A stretch of DNA of 63,594 nucleotides, counting the filler, from Octopus bimaculoides (taxonomy: Eukaryota): NCBI RefSeq assembly GCF_001194135.2. It is 4 parts of 3 records of this genome, joined end to end, with 100 filler letters (N's around TTAATTAATTAA, not from the genome) between each part and the next. Parts side by side here need not be neighbours in the genome. Positions count along the whole stretch, not along the records: positions 27,426 to 38,039 come from NC_068983.1; positions 38,140 to 55,804 come from NC_069008.1; 2 more parts are not named here. One strand, 5' to 3'. Of this stretch, positions 27,382-41,600 are shown one piece after another. Under the pieces are notes generated by a model. That model had not been told where the DNA came from. It did not search any database and worked only from the letters and a program-made list of their open reading frames with translations. The stretch's first letter is position 1, and every line of letters starts with the position of its first letter. Both the position numbers and the translations under genes were made by a program.

Positions 27382-27444
27382 NNNNNNNNNNNNNNNNNNN
27401 NNNNNNNNNNNNNNNNNNNNNNNNNAAACTGGCTCCCCCACAGT

Positions 27445-27750
27445 TATGATGATGGGTGTTCCAGTTGATTCGATCAATGGAACAGCCTGCTTATGAAATT
27501 AATGTGCAAGTAGCTGAGCACTCCACAGATACATGTGCTGTTAAAGTAGTTCTCAGGGAGATTCACTCTGACACATATTGTGTTAAGACTGGTCCTTTTG
27601 AATAACAGGTACAACTCATTTCTTCCAGCTGTGTGGACTAGAACAATGAGAAATAAAGTGTCTTGCTCAAGGACACAATATGGCATCATGAATTGAACTC
27701 ACAGCCTTATGATTGTGAGCCAAATACTCTAGCCATGAAGTCACATGTAA
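27445..27750 (-). mobile_element. SINE family C (tRNA-like head with a gtgtccttgagcaagacact core); fragments also at ~44580-44820 and 48990-49110
   Basis: Recurring gatcaatggaacagcctgct..gaaattaa and aaataaagtgtcttgctcaag segments. Confidence 0.6.
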
Positions 27751-28045
27751 GCGACGGAGAGCCAGGCCAATAAAAATTTAAATAATAATAATAATAGTAA
27801 TAGTAATAATTCTTTCTAATTTTGGCACAAGGCCAGCAATTTTAGGCAAAGTCTTGTAGCTGATACCATCAACCCCACTATGTGATTGGTACTTTATTTT
27901 TATCAACTCAAAATGGCTGAAAGGAGAAGTTAACGGCAACAGAGTTTGAGCACAGCAAGATTAATGGGCCAACAGAAATGCCTGTTTAGCATTTTGCCTG
28001 ATATGTTAATGATTTCTACATGTTTGCCACCTTAACAACAACAAC

Positions 28046-28101
<56 letters not shown>

Positions 28102-28103
<2 letters not shown>

Positions 28104-28507
28104 TAGTTGTCAAAGATCATGAAGGAAAAAAAATGCTTTCTAATTGATGTATCAATACCAGCAGAGGACAACATTTCTCTAAAAGAAATGGAAAAACTTT
28201 CAAAATACAAAGACCTGGAAATAGAGGTAACTCGAATGTGGAATCTAAAAACAGAAACAATTTCTATCATTGTAGGCGCCTTAGATATAATAAAAAAGTA
28301 TTCAGACAAATACATAACAAAAACACCAGGACTTACAAATATATATAACATACAGAAAATTGCACTACTGGGCACAGCACACATCCTACGCAAAACACTT
28401 TCAATACAGTAACCATAAGAGCATCACAGCAAACCACAGCACATACCCAAGGCACACAGAGCTGCGCTCGGTAGTGAAGTGAAAGCACGTTATAAAAATA
28501 AAACTAT

Positions 28508-28512
<5 letters not shown>
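28102..28512 (+). mobile_element. R4/Dong-like LINE, 5'-truncated copy 3, inside an (AAT)n array
   Basis: Open frame 28107-28412, KKCFLIDVSIPAEDNISLKEMEKLSKYKDL (PD-(D/E)xK-type D..E.K..KY), with (AAT)n on both sides. Confidence 0.85.
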
Positions 28513-28548
<36 letters not shown>

Positions 28549-28936
28549 CCTTTTTACTATAGGCACAATGCCTGAAATTTCTGGGGAGGGGACTAGTTGA
28601 TCACATCGACTTCAGTACTCCACTGGTACTTAATTTATCGACCCCGAAAAAATGAAAGGCAAAGTCAACCTTGGCAGAATCTAAATTCAGAATGTAAAGA
28701 TGGACGAAATACAACAACAACAACAATGATCATAACAATCCTTTTTACTATAGGCACAAGACTTGAAATTTGTGGGAAGGGGCCTTGTTGATTATACTGA
28801 ATCCAGTGCTCAACTGGTATTTATTTTATCAATCCTGGAAGAATGAAAGGCAAAGTTGACATTGGCAGATTTTGAACTCAGAACATAAAACCAGAAGAAA
28901 TGCTGCTTAGTATTTTGTCTGACATCCAAACATTAA

Positions 28937-29508
28937 CCCTTTAGCATTTAAACTGGCCATATCCAGTCAAAAGTATTCTGCCTGTTTTATGTTCAAACTG
29001 GCCAGATCTGGTCTCTCACACCAACCCTACAATATCGTTTTAAAAATTAACAGCTAACTCCGTTGATCGTTACCAACGATGCCTCCCTGGCACTTGTGTC
29101 AGTGGCACATGAAAAGACATTTGAGTGAGATTGTTGCCAGTGCCGATGGACTGGCTCCTGTGCAGGTGGCACATAAAATACACCATTTCGAGCGTGGCCG
29201 TCGCCAGTACCGCCTGACTGGCCCTCGTGCCGGTGGCATGTAAAACACCCACTACACTCTCGGAGTGGTTGGCGTTAGGAAGGGCATCCAGCTGTAGAAA
29301 CTCTGCCAAATCAGATTGGAGCCTGGTGTCGCCTCCTGGTCCACCAGTCCTCAGTCAAATCGTCCAACCCATGCTAGCATGGAAAGCGGACGTTAAACGA
29401 CGATGATGATGATCAAAATCTCATAGCTACAAGATAATGTATGATTAGTTCAAAACAATGTGGATAAAAAAGCATTAATTTTGGCAGAATAATGCAAACA
29501 CTAAAGGG
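28937..29508. mobile_element. piggyBac-like MITE (TTAA-CCC...GGG-TTAA) with a nested RTE 3' UTR
   Basis: ttaa|ccctttagc at 28933 and ctaaaggg|ttaa ending at 29512. Confidence 0.7.
29062..29412 (+). mobile_element. RTE 3'-UTR-only retrocopy nested in a MITE; similar pieces at ~33875-34080 (+), 42295-42610 (-), 45838-45970 (-) and 54050-54230 (+)
   Basis: Shared cccactacactctcggagtggttggcgttaggaagggcatccagc...gacgttaaacgatgatgat ending; matches the 3' UTR at 37680-38015. Confidence 0.75.
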
Positions 29509-30559
29509 TTAATGATAATAATTATTTCTTTATTGCTCATAGGGAACTAAACATAGAGGGGACAAACAAGGACAGACAAAGGGATTAAGTTGATTACATC
29601 GACCCCAGTGCGTAATTAGTACTTATTTAATCAACCCCGAAAAGATGAAAGGCAAAGTCAACCTTGGTGGAATTTGAACTTAGAACGTAATGGCAGACAT
29701 TAATGATAATAATGATTTTATTGTAAACATGAGTCAGAAAAGGGCTAAAAGAAAAGACAGAAAACAGCAATAACCCAAGCAAAGAAAGACGGCAATGGTA
29801 GTCAAAAGTATATTCAGAGAACACAGGTTGTACATTGTAGCCCAAGAAGATGAGTAAAAGAACTATAAAGGAGAAAGCAAACAGGAATATGGAATTTGGA
29901 ATTTGGGTTGGTGAATCAGGAATTTGGGTTGGTGAATTACATGAAATTTTTGAAGTATACACCTTTGTGACAGCTTATAAGCAATATGAGTGGTTTATTC
30001 CATGCTTTGACTATTCTGGGTATGAAAAAAAATTTCTAAAAGTCATGGTTGCTACACTATTATTTTTGATTTTATAAACATGTCTATGGCTATTGTTGTT
30101 GTTTGTTCCTTCTTGAGCCATGCCTGGCTTATAAGGGCCAGTTTCCTGGTTTCTTTGGTGTATAGGTTCCCCACCTGGATGGGACACCAGTTTGTTGCAG
30201 GTGAGCTGCTAGATGCAGGAGGAAAGAGTGAGAGAAAGTTGTAGTGAAAGAGTCAGCAAAAATTTGTCATTTATCTTCTGCCGGAGCCACGTGGAGCTTA
30301 GGTGTTTTGCTCATAAAGACAGACATCGCCAGGTCTGTGATCTGAACCCATGATCCTTCAATTGTGAGTCCACTACTCTAACCACTAGGCCATGTGCCTC
30401 CACTCTATGGCTATTAGAAATACAGAATTCAAAAAGGTGACCCAGATTGTTAGAAAGATAGTGAATAACCTTATGAAATTTGGTCATGTCAGCTGCTTTT
30501 TGTGTGTTGATGCCTAAAGAAGCAAGGCATTCAAGATAGAGTTAGTGACAGGTAAGATG

Positions 30560-31790
30560 TATTCATCAGGTTGCATGTCCCAGGACAGCTTCCAGTAGAT
30601 CAATATTTTAGACAAGACAGGGATTTCAAACTAGATATGCAAACTATGTGTAGATGTACCATAGCTATACATAACCTTAAGTAGATAGCTGGTGAACTGG
30701 CAAAGGTGTTACTGAATGATAAGACACCTTTGAACTTTTTAATCATTTTATAAATGTGGTTCATCCAATGCAGATCATTGTTGACAATAATACCTAGGTA
30801 ACATTCACCTGCAGATTTTTTAAGGTTGGTGTTATGGAAGGAATAGGTAAATTCTGGGCATTTCTTCCTAAAATTATTGTGGTACACTTGTGTATAGTCA
30901 GCTTCTGTTAACAGTGAGCAATCCATTGCTGCAATCTGTCCATATTAGATTATGTGTGAGGTCTATAGCATATAAGGTCTGTTTTTTTTTTATAGTAAGA
31001 TACAACTTAATGTTGTCTGCATATTTTGACACAACAACATGCTTCAGGCTGACAAGAATTTCAGTAATATATACAATAAACAACAGGTGACCAAGAATAG
31101 ATCTTTATAGGATGTTATTGCAAAAGGTAAAGAATGTTGTTCTAGTATTGTAACTCCCTCTGTTTGACTGGGAATGACAGACCTCAACCAGCTACAAAGA
31201 TTAGCCTGCATGCTCATTACAGAGACCTTGCCATGAATCATTTGTGTGTCACAATAATAAAGGTATTGGCAAAGACGAGATCGATAGCATCAACCCATGA
31301 GCCACTGTCTGTGACTTGGGTGATGTCTTCAAAAAATTCTATGAGTTGGATACAGCAGCTGGAGTTGGGGATAAATCAGAATTGTGAAGGTTGGATAAAG
31401 CTATGAGAGTTTCAGAAGTGCCATAGTGTCTCTCTGATAGAGGACTTCATCAGTTTAGTGATACAGCTACTGAGACTGACTGGACAATAATTGATAAGAG
31501 ATGTACGACTATCCTTTTTGAACATGAAAATAACATTGACAGTAATCCACTGTGTAACAGTTATTAAGTCAGAAGTAGAAGAGGAATGAAAACTGGTGTA
31601 ATACAAAGAGGGGGCTGCATTTAAGAAGCAGCTAAGTTGTGTCATGAAGACCAGGGGAAGCAGAGTTGCACATATACTTGAGATGCCATTGCAGCATTGT
31701 AGGAATAAATTTAACAAATGTTATGGATGTTGTCAGTGACAGTGAAGATGGAATTTTGGGATTTTCAACAGAAAAAGTGTTAGTATAGCC
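30560..31790 (-). mobile_element. CR1/L2-group LINE RT remnant
   Basis: WITVNVIFMFKKDSRTSLINYCPVSLSSCITKLMKS (resembles WK.A.V.PIFKKG.R....NYRPVSLTS...KLME) and YLGIIVNNDLHWMNHI. Heavily decayed. Confidence 0.75.
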
Positions 31791-31868
31791 TTCAGCAATA
31801 AGGTTTGAACTCTCTTTAGGGTCATAAGTAATTTGATAATTGTGAAGTGGATTAGTTTACACCATGTT

Positions 31869-31899
<31 letters not shown>

Positions 31900-33770
31900 G
31901 TATATATATATATATATTTATGTACGTATATTTATATATGTCTCTCTCTCTCTTTCTCGCCCCCTCTCTCTCTCCCTCTTTCTCTCCTCCTCTCTCTCCA
32001 TACATACATACATACATACATGCATGTATATCATCCACTTTTCTATGCTTTGGAGAGATGAAATTTGTTAAGGTATATTTTACACTCCTGGATGCTCTTC
32101 CTATCACTAATGTAGCCTATTTCTACGCCAGGTAATATTTCTCCCAGGACTTTGAGCATGAACAGCACAATTATTAGATATCATGGATATTGGTATTCAA
32201 CAATGGTCAGAGATGTTTTTTGTGCAAGTCATAGACCAGCACAGAAGGGATATGAACACACACACACGCACACACACACACACACACACATTCACATCTA
32301 TGCACATACAAACAGATCTTTTAATTTACCTCTACTAAGTATGGTCCTAATGCTTTGGTCAGCTTGAGGTCCAGGGTGGCATACAGTGAGAATGAACCCA
32401 TAACCATGATAAGGGAGCTCTTTCTAACCATATAGCCATGTTTGTGCATACATGCATACATACATACACATGCATGTGCACATGTGCACACACACACATA
32501 TACGTCACCCCCACCACTGCACATGACACATGCATTTCCATGATTGTATTAATTAGATAAGGTATTGCTGGGGGAAAATTTCTATCACTGGAAACCCTTT
32601 CCTGACATCTAACTCTTGTGTTTCTAAGGGAGGTAATAATTCCCTCACTCAATATCCCAGTCATGCTTTCACAGAAATTCATAAATTCATGCAGACATAC
32701 ATGCATACATACGTACATACATACATACATACATACATACATAAATACATACATACATATATATATAATAATATAAATAATATATAGCTATATGCATATA
32801 TCCATACATATATGTACATACCTACATTTATATGTAGGCATACATGCATATATCGGTACAGGACATAAAAAAAACGTTAAACACAATGAGAAACGAAAAC
32901 ATAAAAATGAAAACACAAAAAGAACTTTTTTCGAACAACGAAAAAAACAAACAGAGAAACGAGACGTGTAACATATAGAGTATATCCCTTCATCAGTTGT
33001 CCCTGTTCCATCTATTCTGCGTTTCGAAGGCAAGGATACATCTTGATATAGTACATATTTATGTATGGATATATATACATATATAGTGAGAGAGAGAGAG
33101 AGAGAGAGAGAGATAGAAACATATTCATCCAGACATGCATGTATGTATGTATGTATGTATGTATATATGTATAGGTGCAGGCATGGCTGTGTGGTAAGTA
33201 ACTTGCTTCCCAACAACATGGTTCCAGGTTCAGTTCCCTGTGTGGCACCTTGAGCAAGTGTCTTCTACTAAAGCCTTGGGCTGACCAAAACGTTGTGAGT
33301 GGATTTGGTAGACGGTAACTGAAAGAAGTCCGTTCTATATATGTATATATTTGTGCATCTGTGTTTGTCCCCCACACCATCGCATGACAACTGATGCTGG
33401 TGTGTTTATGTTCCCATAACTTAGCAGTTTGCCAAAAGAGACCGATACAATAAGTACTAGGCTTACAAAAAATAAGTCCTGGGGTCGATTTGTAAAACTA
33501 AAGGCGGTGCTCCCACCTGATCACTGTCAAATGACTGAAACAAGTAAAATAATAAAAGAATATAATATATCGTCGTGATCATCATAATGTGAAGTCCATC
33601 TTTCATACTGGCCTGGGCTGACAGTTGGACATAATCCAATGAACCAGGAGACTGTCTTGAGTTCCAATGTCTGCTTAAGCATGATCTCTACAGCTGGATG
33701 TTCTTCCTAATGCTTTTTTCATGGCACTGATACCTGTGAGGCCACTAAACATATTACACACACACATGTA

Positions 33771-33817
<47 letters not shown>

Positions 33818-34479
33818 ATATATATATATATATATATATGTAGTTAAAAAAAACAATAACAAAAAAACAAAAAAGTGAGGACGTGATATGGATAGTATTA
33901 TTGGATAAGCACCCACTACACTCTCGGAGTGGTTGGCGTTAGGAAGGGCATCCAGCTGTAGAAACTCTGCCAAATCAGATTGGAGCCTGGTGTAGCCTTC
34001 GGGTTCCACCAGTCCTCAGTCAAATTGTCCGACCCATGCTAGCATGGAAAGTGGACGTTAAACGATGATGATGATGGTGATGAAATATATATATATATAA
34101 ATAAATTACTGTGGGTGTTGTACATCAGTTCTCTCTACCTACATATAAAAAATAGGGTTATAAATGTGGTGAAGTCCCTTTTGGATTTAGGTTTCCTTGA
34201 GCATTGAAATGAAATGCATACTTCTACAGAATATATTATATTAATTTTTGGATGTTTCTGCAAATACCATTTTAAATATGCACCTATATACATGCCTTAC
34301 CCCTGTAGAAACACAGAAAAATAAGCTTACTAACATAATTGCTTAAAAGGTTCCATCTCTGTATAATATATATACATGTGCAGAAACATATACAAGTGTG
34401 TATGTATGTATGTATGTATGTATGTATGTATGTATGTATGCATGCATGTATGTATGTATGCATGCATGCATGTATGTAT

Positions 34480-34518
<39 letters not shown>

Positions 34519-35084
34519 NNNNNNNNNNNNNNNNNNNNNNNNNNNNNNNNNNNNNNNNNNNNNNNNNNNNNNNNNNNNNNNNNNNNNNNNNNNNNNNNNN
34601 NNNNNNNNNNNNNNNNNNNNNNNNNNNNNNNNNNNNNNNNNNNNNNNNNNNNNNNNNNNNNNNNNNNNNNNNNNNNNNNNNNNNNNNNNNNNNNNNNNNN
34701 NNNNNNNNNNNNNNNNNNNNNNNNNNNNNNNNNNNNNNNNNNNNNNNNNNNNNNNNNNNNNNNNNNNNNNNNNNNNNNNNNNNNNNNNNNNNNNNNNNNN
34801 NNNNNNNNNNNNNNNNNNNNNNNNNNNNNNNNNNNNNNNNNNNNNNNNNNNNNNNNNNNNNNNNNNNNNNNNNNNNNNNNNNNNNNNNNNNNNNNNNNNN
34901 NNNNNNNNNNNNNNNNNNNNNNNNNNNNNNNNNNNNNNNNNNNNNNNNNNNNNNNNNNNNNNNNNNNNNNNNNNNNNNNNNNNNNNNNNNNNNNNNNNNN
35001 NNNNNNNNNNNNNNNNNNNNNNNNNNNNNNNNNNNNNNNNNNNNNNTATATATATATAGTAGCAGTAGAAAAGGCGTTGGTAGA

Positions 35085-36483
35085 AACTCTATAAGATATA
35101 CTCAGTGTAAGCTATGGACACATAAGATGTGCAGGAATATCAAAGGAAGGCTAACTAGGGAGTTAGTTTTGTATGCAGCAGATGCTCAGGAGCAATAAAC
35201 ACTGAAAATGTGCAGAAAACAACTTCTGTCACATTCCAAGGAGAAAAACTAGAGGTAGTTGATAGCTTCCGTTATCTAGGTGACCAAGTTAGTAGTGGGT
35301 GAGGGTGTGCTGAAAGTGTAGCTGCTAGAATAAGAATAGTCTGGGAAAAGTTCAGAGAGCTCTTACCTCTGCTGGTGACAAAGAGCCTCTTGCTCAGAGT
35401 AAAAGGCAGACTGTATGATGCATGTGTACGAACAGCCATGCTACATGGCAGTGAAATATGGGCTGTGACTGCTGAGGACATGCGTAAGCTCACAAGGAAT
35501 GATGTCAGTATGCTCTGATGGATGTGTAGTGTCAGTGTGCATACTCAACAGAGTGTAAGTACCTTGTGAGAAAAGTTGAACTGAAGAAGCATCAATTGTG
35601 GTGTGCAAGAGTGATGATTGCGCTGGTATGGTCATATGGCGAGAATGGATGAGGATAGCTGTGTGAAAAAGTGCCACACCCTAGAAGTTGATGGAACCTG
35701 TGGTAGAGGTAGACCCAGGAAGACCTGGGATGAGGTGGTGAAGCACGACCTTTGAACATTANNNNNNNNNNNNNNNNNNNNNNNNNNNNNNNNNNNNNNN
35801 NNNNNNNNNNNNNNNNNNNNNNNNNNNNNNNNNNNNNNNNNNNNNNNNNNNNNNNNNNNNNNNNNNNNNNNNNNNNNNNNNNNNNNNNNNNNNNNNNNNN
35901 NNNNNNNNNNNNNNNNNNNNNNNNNNNNNNNNNNNNNNNNNNNNNNNNNNNNNNNNNNNNNNNNNNNNNNNNNNNNNNNNNNNNNNNNNNNNNNNNNNNN
36001 NNNNNNNNNNNNNNNNNNNNNNNNNNNNNNNNNNNNNNNNNNNNNNNNNNNNNNNNNNNNNNNNNNNNNNNNNNNNNNNNNNNNNNNNNNNNNNNNNNNN
36101 NNNNNNNNNNNNNNNNNNNNNNNNNNNNNNNNNNNNNNNNNNNNNNNNNNNNNNNNNNNNNNNNNNNNNNNNNNNNNNNNNNNNNNNNNNNNNNNNNNNN
36201 NNNNNNNNNNNNNNNNNNNNNNNNNNNNNNNNNNNNNNNNNNNNNNNNNNNNNNNNNNNNNNNNNNNNNNNNNNNNNNNNNNNNNNNNNNNNNNNNNNNN
36301 NNNNNNNNNNNNNNNNNNNNNNNNNNNNNNNNNNNNNNNNNNNNNNNNNNNNNNNNNNNNNNNNNNNNNNNNNNNNNNNNNNNNNNNNNNNNNNNNNNNN
36401 NNNNNNNNNNNNNNNNNNNNNNNNNNNNNNNNNNNNNNNNNNNNNNNNNNNNNNNNNNNNNNNNNNNNNNNNNNNNNNNNNNN

Positions 36484-36526
<43 letters not shown>

Positions 36527-38015
36527 CATGCATATATATATATCCATATCATACATACACACACACACACACACATGCGAAACAACTTCAGAGATTTGTA
36601 AGGTGTATATATAGAGGTCTTTAAAGAGTTTCTGGATGAATCCAAATTGTGGCACGAGGCATAAAAAATATCAGCTCCGCCTGACTTCTTCACCAGAAGC
36701 AGTAAATAAAAGAAACCCAAATACACTGAAAGGCAGTGCTCTAGCATGGCCATAGCTCCCGGCCAAAACCAGTAAAAAGTAAAAGAAAAAATAAACAATA
36801 TGTATGTAAATTTTTTTTGTGTCTCTGTGTCTATGTTTGTCCCCACCATTACCATTTGATAACAGGTGTTGGTTTGTTTACATCTTTGTAACTTAGCAGT
36901 TTGATAAAAGAGACCTGTAGAGTAAGTACCAGACTATAAAAGATCCCTACAAGGCTGTGCCCCAGCATGATTGTAGTCTAATAACTGAAAACAACTAAAA
37001 GATATATATATATATATATTCAAAGGAAGTGAAGAGAGGAGAGAGAGAAAGAGATAGAGATTGCTAAATGTTTCCTTTACAATAGTAAAGTCTTATCTTC
37101 AACACATCTGCATAGAACTTTGAGTACATGTCACCAGCCATAATCTCTGGCTAACCCAAAGATTGTGAGAAAAACCTAATTAGAAGTATGACAGATAGAA
37201 TCGTACATGTAATTTAAAATACCTATATCATATTGAGTCCTTCCAAAAATCATATTAAGGGTTCGTTTGTGAACTATTCAGCCATTTATGCTTATAGCAT
37301 AGCAGCATGTAGGTAGATTCCAATCAATTGAAAAAGTGGTACCCTCATCATTGAGAACCGACATGCTTTCCATTAGATACAGAGAAAGAGAGATACATAT
37401 TCATGCAAGGATATATANNNNNNNNNNGCCTCACCGAGGCAATGACTTGTGACCGAGACCTTTGGAAATATTCTGTGCGTGAGAAGACCCAGCAAGCCAA
37501 GTGAAACCATAATCTGAGGCCTCTGCCAGGGGTGTAGCCAGCCTACTTATGCGTACCTTTCCTTCATTGGACACTAAACTCCACTTGCGAAGACCTGTTG
37601 AGGCAAGTGAAATTGAAATCGAACCAAATTCGACAACTGGCACCCATGCCAACCTCTCCTTCATTGGACACTAAACTCAGCTTGCGAAGACCTGTTGGGG
37701 CAACTGTACCAGTTGAGAGCTAAGAGCACTGTCTGAGTGTGACCATTGCTGGAGCAGCTGTCTGGTTTCCATGCCAGTGGCACGTAAATAGTACCATTTG
37801 AGTGTGATCATTAACAGCATCGCGTTCTGGCACTTGTGCTGGTGGCACGTGAAAAAACATTCGAGCGAGATCATTGCCAGTGTTGCTGGACTGGCTCCTG
37901 CGCAGGTGGCACGTAAAATACACCATTTTGAGCGTGGCTGTTGCCAGTACTGCCTGACTGGCCTACATGCTGGTGGCACGTAAAAGCACCCACTACACTC
38001 TCGGAGTGGTTGGCG
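35085..38015 (+). mobile_element. RTE-clade LINE 3' part (RT C-terminus plus 3' UTR), split at 35761/37428 by gaps and an intervening contig
   Basis: EVVDSFRYLGDQV...KGRLYDACVRTAMLHGSEIW...LRWYGHMARM...GRGRPRKTWDEVVKHDL up to 35761, continuing GLTEAMTCDRDLWKYSVREK from 37428. Confidence 0.85.
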
Positions 38016-38421
38016 TATATATGTATATATATATATATANNNNNNNNNNNNNNNNNNNNNNNNNNNNNNNNNNNNNNNNNNNNTTAATTAATTAANNNNN
38101 NNNNNNNNNNNNNNNNNNNNNNNNNNNNNNNNNNNNNNNGCAAGGCAAAACAATGTACATGATAACACTTCCAATCAGTTAAGATCAGAAGCCATGATAG
38201 CCACTGCCTGGTACTGTCTCAAGACATTGTGGTATTGAGCAGAATATTTGCTGTAGGCCATCTTTTATACCAAGACAAAAACAATGTACATGATAACACT
38301 TCCAATCAGTTCAGGTCAGAAGCCATGAGAGCCACTGCCTGGTGCTGCATCCTTTTATGAATGTATTCCTTGCTTAAACTTTATTTATTAGTTGTTGTGT
38401 TTGTTTTCTCCCCCCCTCCAG

Positions 38422-38500
38422 GAGTATCAGTCTTTTTGTGATTTACAATACAGCAAAGAGAAAGCAGGAGTGTATATGCAGTGGCACCCGACAATACGAG
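38422..38500 (+). CDS. WDR63: WDR63 exon (EYQSFCDLQYSKEKAGVYMQWHPTIR/G)
   Basis: Acceptor ...ctccccccctccag| and donor |gtaggg; 79 nt, phase 0 to 1. Confidence 0.9.
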
Positions 38501-38594
38501 GTAGGGAGTTTCGTTTGAAAGATAGCTTTGTCATCATCATCATCACCATCATCATGATCATCATGCCCACCATCATCATCATTGTCGTTGCCAC

Positions 38595-38641
<47 letters not shown>

Positions 38642-41600
38642 CCATCATCATCACCACTGCCATCATCTTCATTATTGTGCCATTGTTATCATACCTGTGA
38701 TCATCATCATCATCATTACCACCACTACTACTACCATCATTATCATCGTCGTCATTATCACCGTCATCATCACCGCTGGTACTTCTTGCGGGTAGCTACT
38801 GCGCAGATGACCCCCGAGTGGTGGTTGGAAGACCTTTTTGACCTGCAAGAAATAGCAGTCAAAGGTCTTTCAAATACATTTTTTTATTTTGCAGGTGTTA
38901 TTGCAATATCAATGGCTGAGAATATTGGTTTGGATGAAAGAATCAATCAAGAATACAGAATTTTATTGAAACCTTCACTTATATTGATCTGGTCCTTCAC
39001 AGACCCTATACACCCTCAGGTCAGTCTTTAGTTCTTTTCACCTCTGATCCTGTTCACACAGGATCAGAGGTATTCAGCCCTTTAGCAATCAGATTATTCC
39101 CCTGTCAAATGCAATGCTTGTTTATCCACATTGTTAATCTTGCCTTCAAGATTTTGATGCTGTGAATGGGTAGGTGTGAGAAGCTGGACCTGGTCTGTTT
39201 GAAAAAAAACTGGTGGAACGTTTGGGCTTGATATACCTGGTTTAAATCCTAAAGGATTAGATTGGCCATATTCTTCCTCTCGTACTTTCCCTGCAATGCC
39301 ATTTTAAAGCTAATCAGTCTTAGAATTGAAATCTTGAAGTTGCAAAATAATGCACGATTCATTCAAAACAGTACTGCATTTATCCATCTTTCATCCTTCA
39401 GTTTCTTCACAACCATTGGAAATGATGTTGAATTCTTTTATTCAATTTTTCTCAGCTGATGTTAGAGGCTCCTGAAGATGTCTTTTGCTTCCAGTTCAGC
39501 CCATCGGACCCTAACATCATTGCCGGGGGCTGTTTTAACGGCCAGGTGGTGTTGTGGGACATTACCGAACATGTCAACAGGCTGAAACAACCGAGACCGG
39601 GACAAAAAAAGCGGAATGTATATCTGGTTAGTCATTTTCTTTTTGTTTTTTGTTATTCATTTCTGTTTCGCATTTTGCAAACAAACATTGGGAGTGATTG
39701 TCTTCCCCTAGCAGTGTAAACAAGCGTGCTCATATGCACCACAAAACCATATGAGAGATTTTTCTCTCATAGTAAATATTGCAGTGGTGTTTGTTCTAAC
39801 ACAACATCCACTTTTAACCCTTTGACAGAGAAATTAAATTTCCTGGTTATCCCAGTAATAATGTCAAATATCTACCAAAAAATAAAATCGGTAATTTCTG
39901 TCAGCCATGTTGCCTCAGTAAACTCGACATATCTCAACAGAAAATAGTTTCAAACATGGCATTCCTTTACAAAAGATAGATTGGTAAATAAAGCTATTTT
40001 CTGTCGTTAAGGATCATCTAATTTTGAGTAGATAAATCTGAGATTCTGCTGTAAAGGGGTTAATGCACCATTATATATTTGTTCTTTGTTATCTTCCAGG
40101 CACCATCTTGATCCTTTAGCAGTGAAATTCAATTTCCTGGTTATTCCAGCAATGTTAAAATTCTACCAAAAAAACAGAATTGGTATTTTCTGCGAGTCAC
40201 CTTGCCTCAATAAACCTTACATATCAACAAAAAATGGATTGGTATCAAAAACTGCTTTCTGTAAACAAGTGTGCCCATATGCACCATAAAACCATATGAG
40301 AGGTTTTTCTCTCTTTGTAAATATTGCAGTATTGCGTGTTCCAACACAACATCCACTTTTAATACCATTCTATATTTTATGAGATGAAGAATTTTTATGT
40401 TGTGTTAGTTTGGAGACGTGTCTTTGTTTTTTGATTGTTGCTTTCACAATATTTTAGGCTGTTGTATGCTCCAACTTTCTTCAGGTGTCTTCTGATTCAC
40501 CTCGGTGCCTTGCTTGGGATTGAACCGATCTCGGAACCTCTAGGTTGACTGCACTGCATTAACCAACACCTTTATCTACTATGCAATATCCATCGGCAAT
40601 GTCAGAATGGATTTTTAAGACTTATAAACCAATGTCACCATTGATATCTTATGCTGGTTCCGTACCAATTCAAGAATGCAATTCTATATTTTTGAGATGA
40701 CTAAAAGATTCTTTAACGTGGTGCTCCAGCATGTCTGCAGTCAAACAACTGAAACGAGTAAAAAAAATAAAAGAATATAGGCGCAGGAGTGGCTGTGTGG
40801 TTAGTAGCTTGCTTACCAACCACATGGTTTCGGGTTCAGTCCCACAGCATGGCACCTTGGGCAAGTGTCTTCTACTATAGCCTCGGGCCGACTGAAGCCT
40901 TGTGAGTGGATTTGGTAGACGGAAACTGAAAGAAGCCCGTCGTATATATGTATATATATATATATGTGTGTGTGTGTCTGTGTTTGNNNNNNNNNNNNNN
41001 NNNNNNNNNNNNNNNNNNNNNNNNNNNNNNNNNNNNNNNNNNNNNNNNNNNNNNNNNNNNNNNNNNNNNNNNNNNNNNNNNNNNNNNNNNNNNNNNNNNN
41101 NNNNNNNNNNNNNNNNNNNNNNNNNNNNNNNNNNNNNNNNNNNNNNNNNNNNNNNNNNNNNNNNNNNNNNNNNNNNNNNNNNNNNNNNNNNNNNNNNNNN
41201 NNNNNNNNNNNNNNNNNNNNNNNNNNNNNNNNNNNNNNNNNNNNNNNNNNNNNNNNNNNNNNNNNNNNNNNNNNNNNNNNNNNNNNNNNNNNNNNNNNNN
41301 NNNNNNNNNNNNNNNNNNNNNNTTTTTTTTTTTTTTTTTTTTTTGTTTTTTTGTTTTTTTTGTCTTTGAAATTCCAAAGCCTGGTTTCGAAGATTCTTCG
41401 TATTTCCAAACTCCTGTCCTTCGCAACTGTGCAACGTCCAGCATCGAGCACAGCCACACTGGTTGCGTCACAGACCTGCAGTGGTTACCCGATCACTTTG
41501 AGGTAAGTTTTATGATTACGATGGCTTCGTGAACGTTGTTTCAACCCTTTGTCATCACTCATGCCCCAGGTTTATTCTTTATTCATTTTCTTTTACTCAC

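Noticed and set aside
32566-32622. DKVLLGENFY, resembling a WDR63 N-terminal G.NFY motif
   Set aside because: An in-frame stop follows within a few codons and there are no suitable splice sites.
38150-38350. Direct repeats that might suggest a CRISPR-like array (also 37540-37700)
   Set aside because: Eukaryotic context, only two units, and both lie within retroposon sequence; no spacer architecture.
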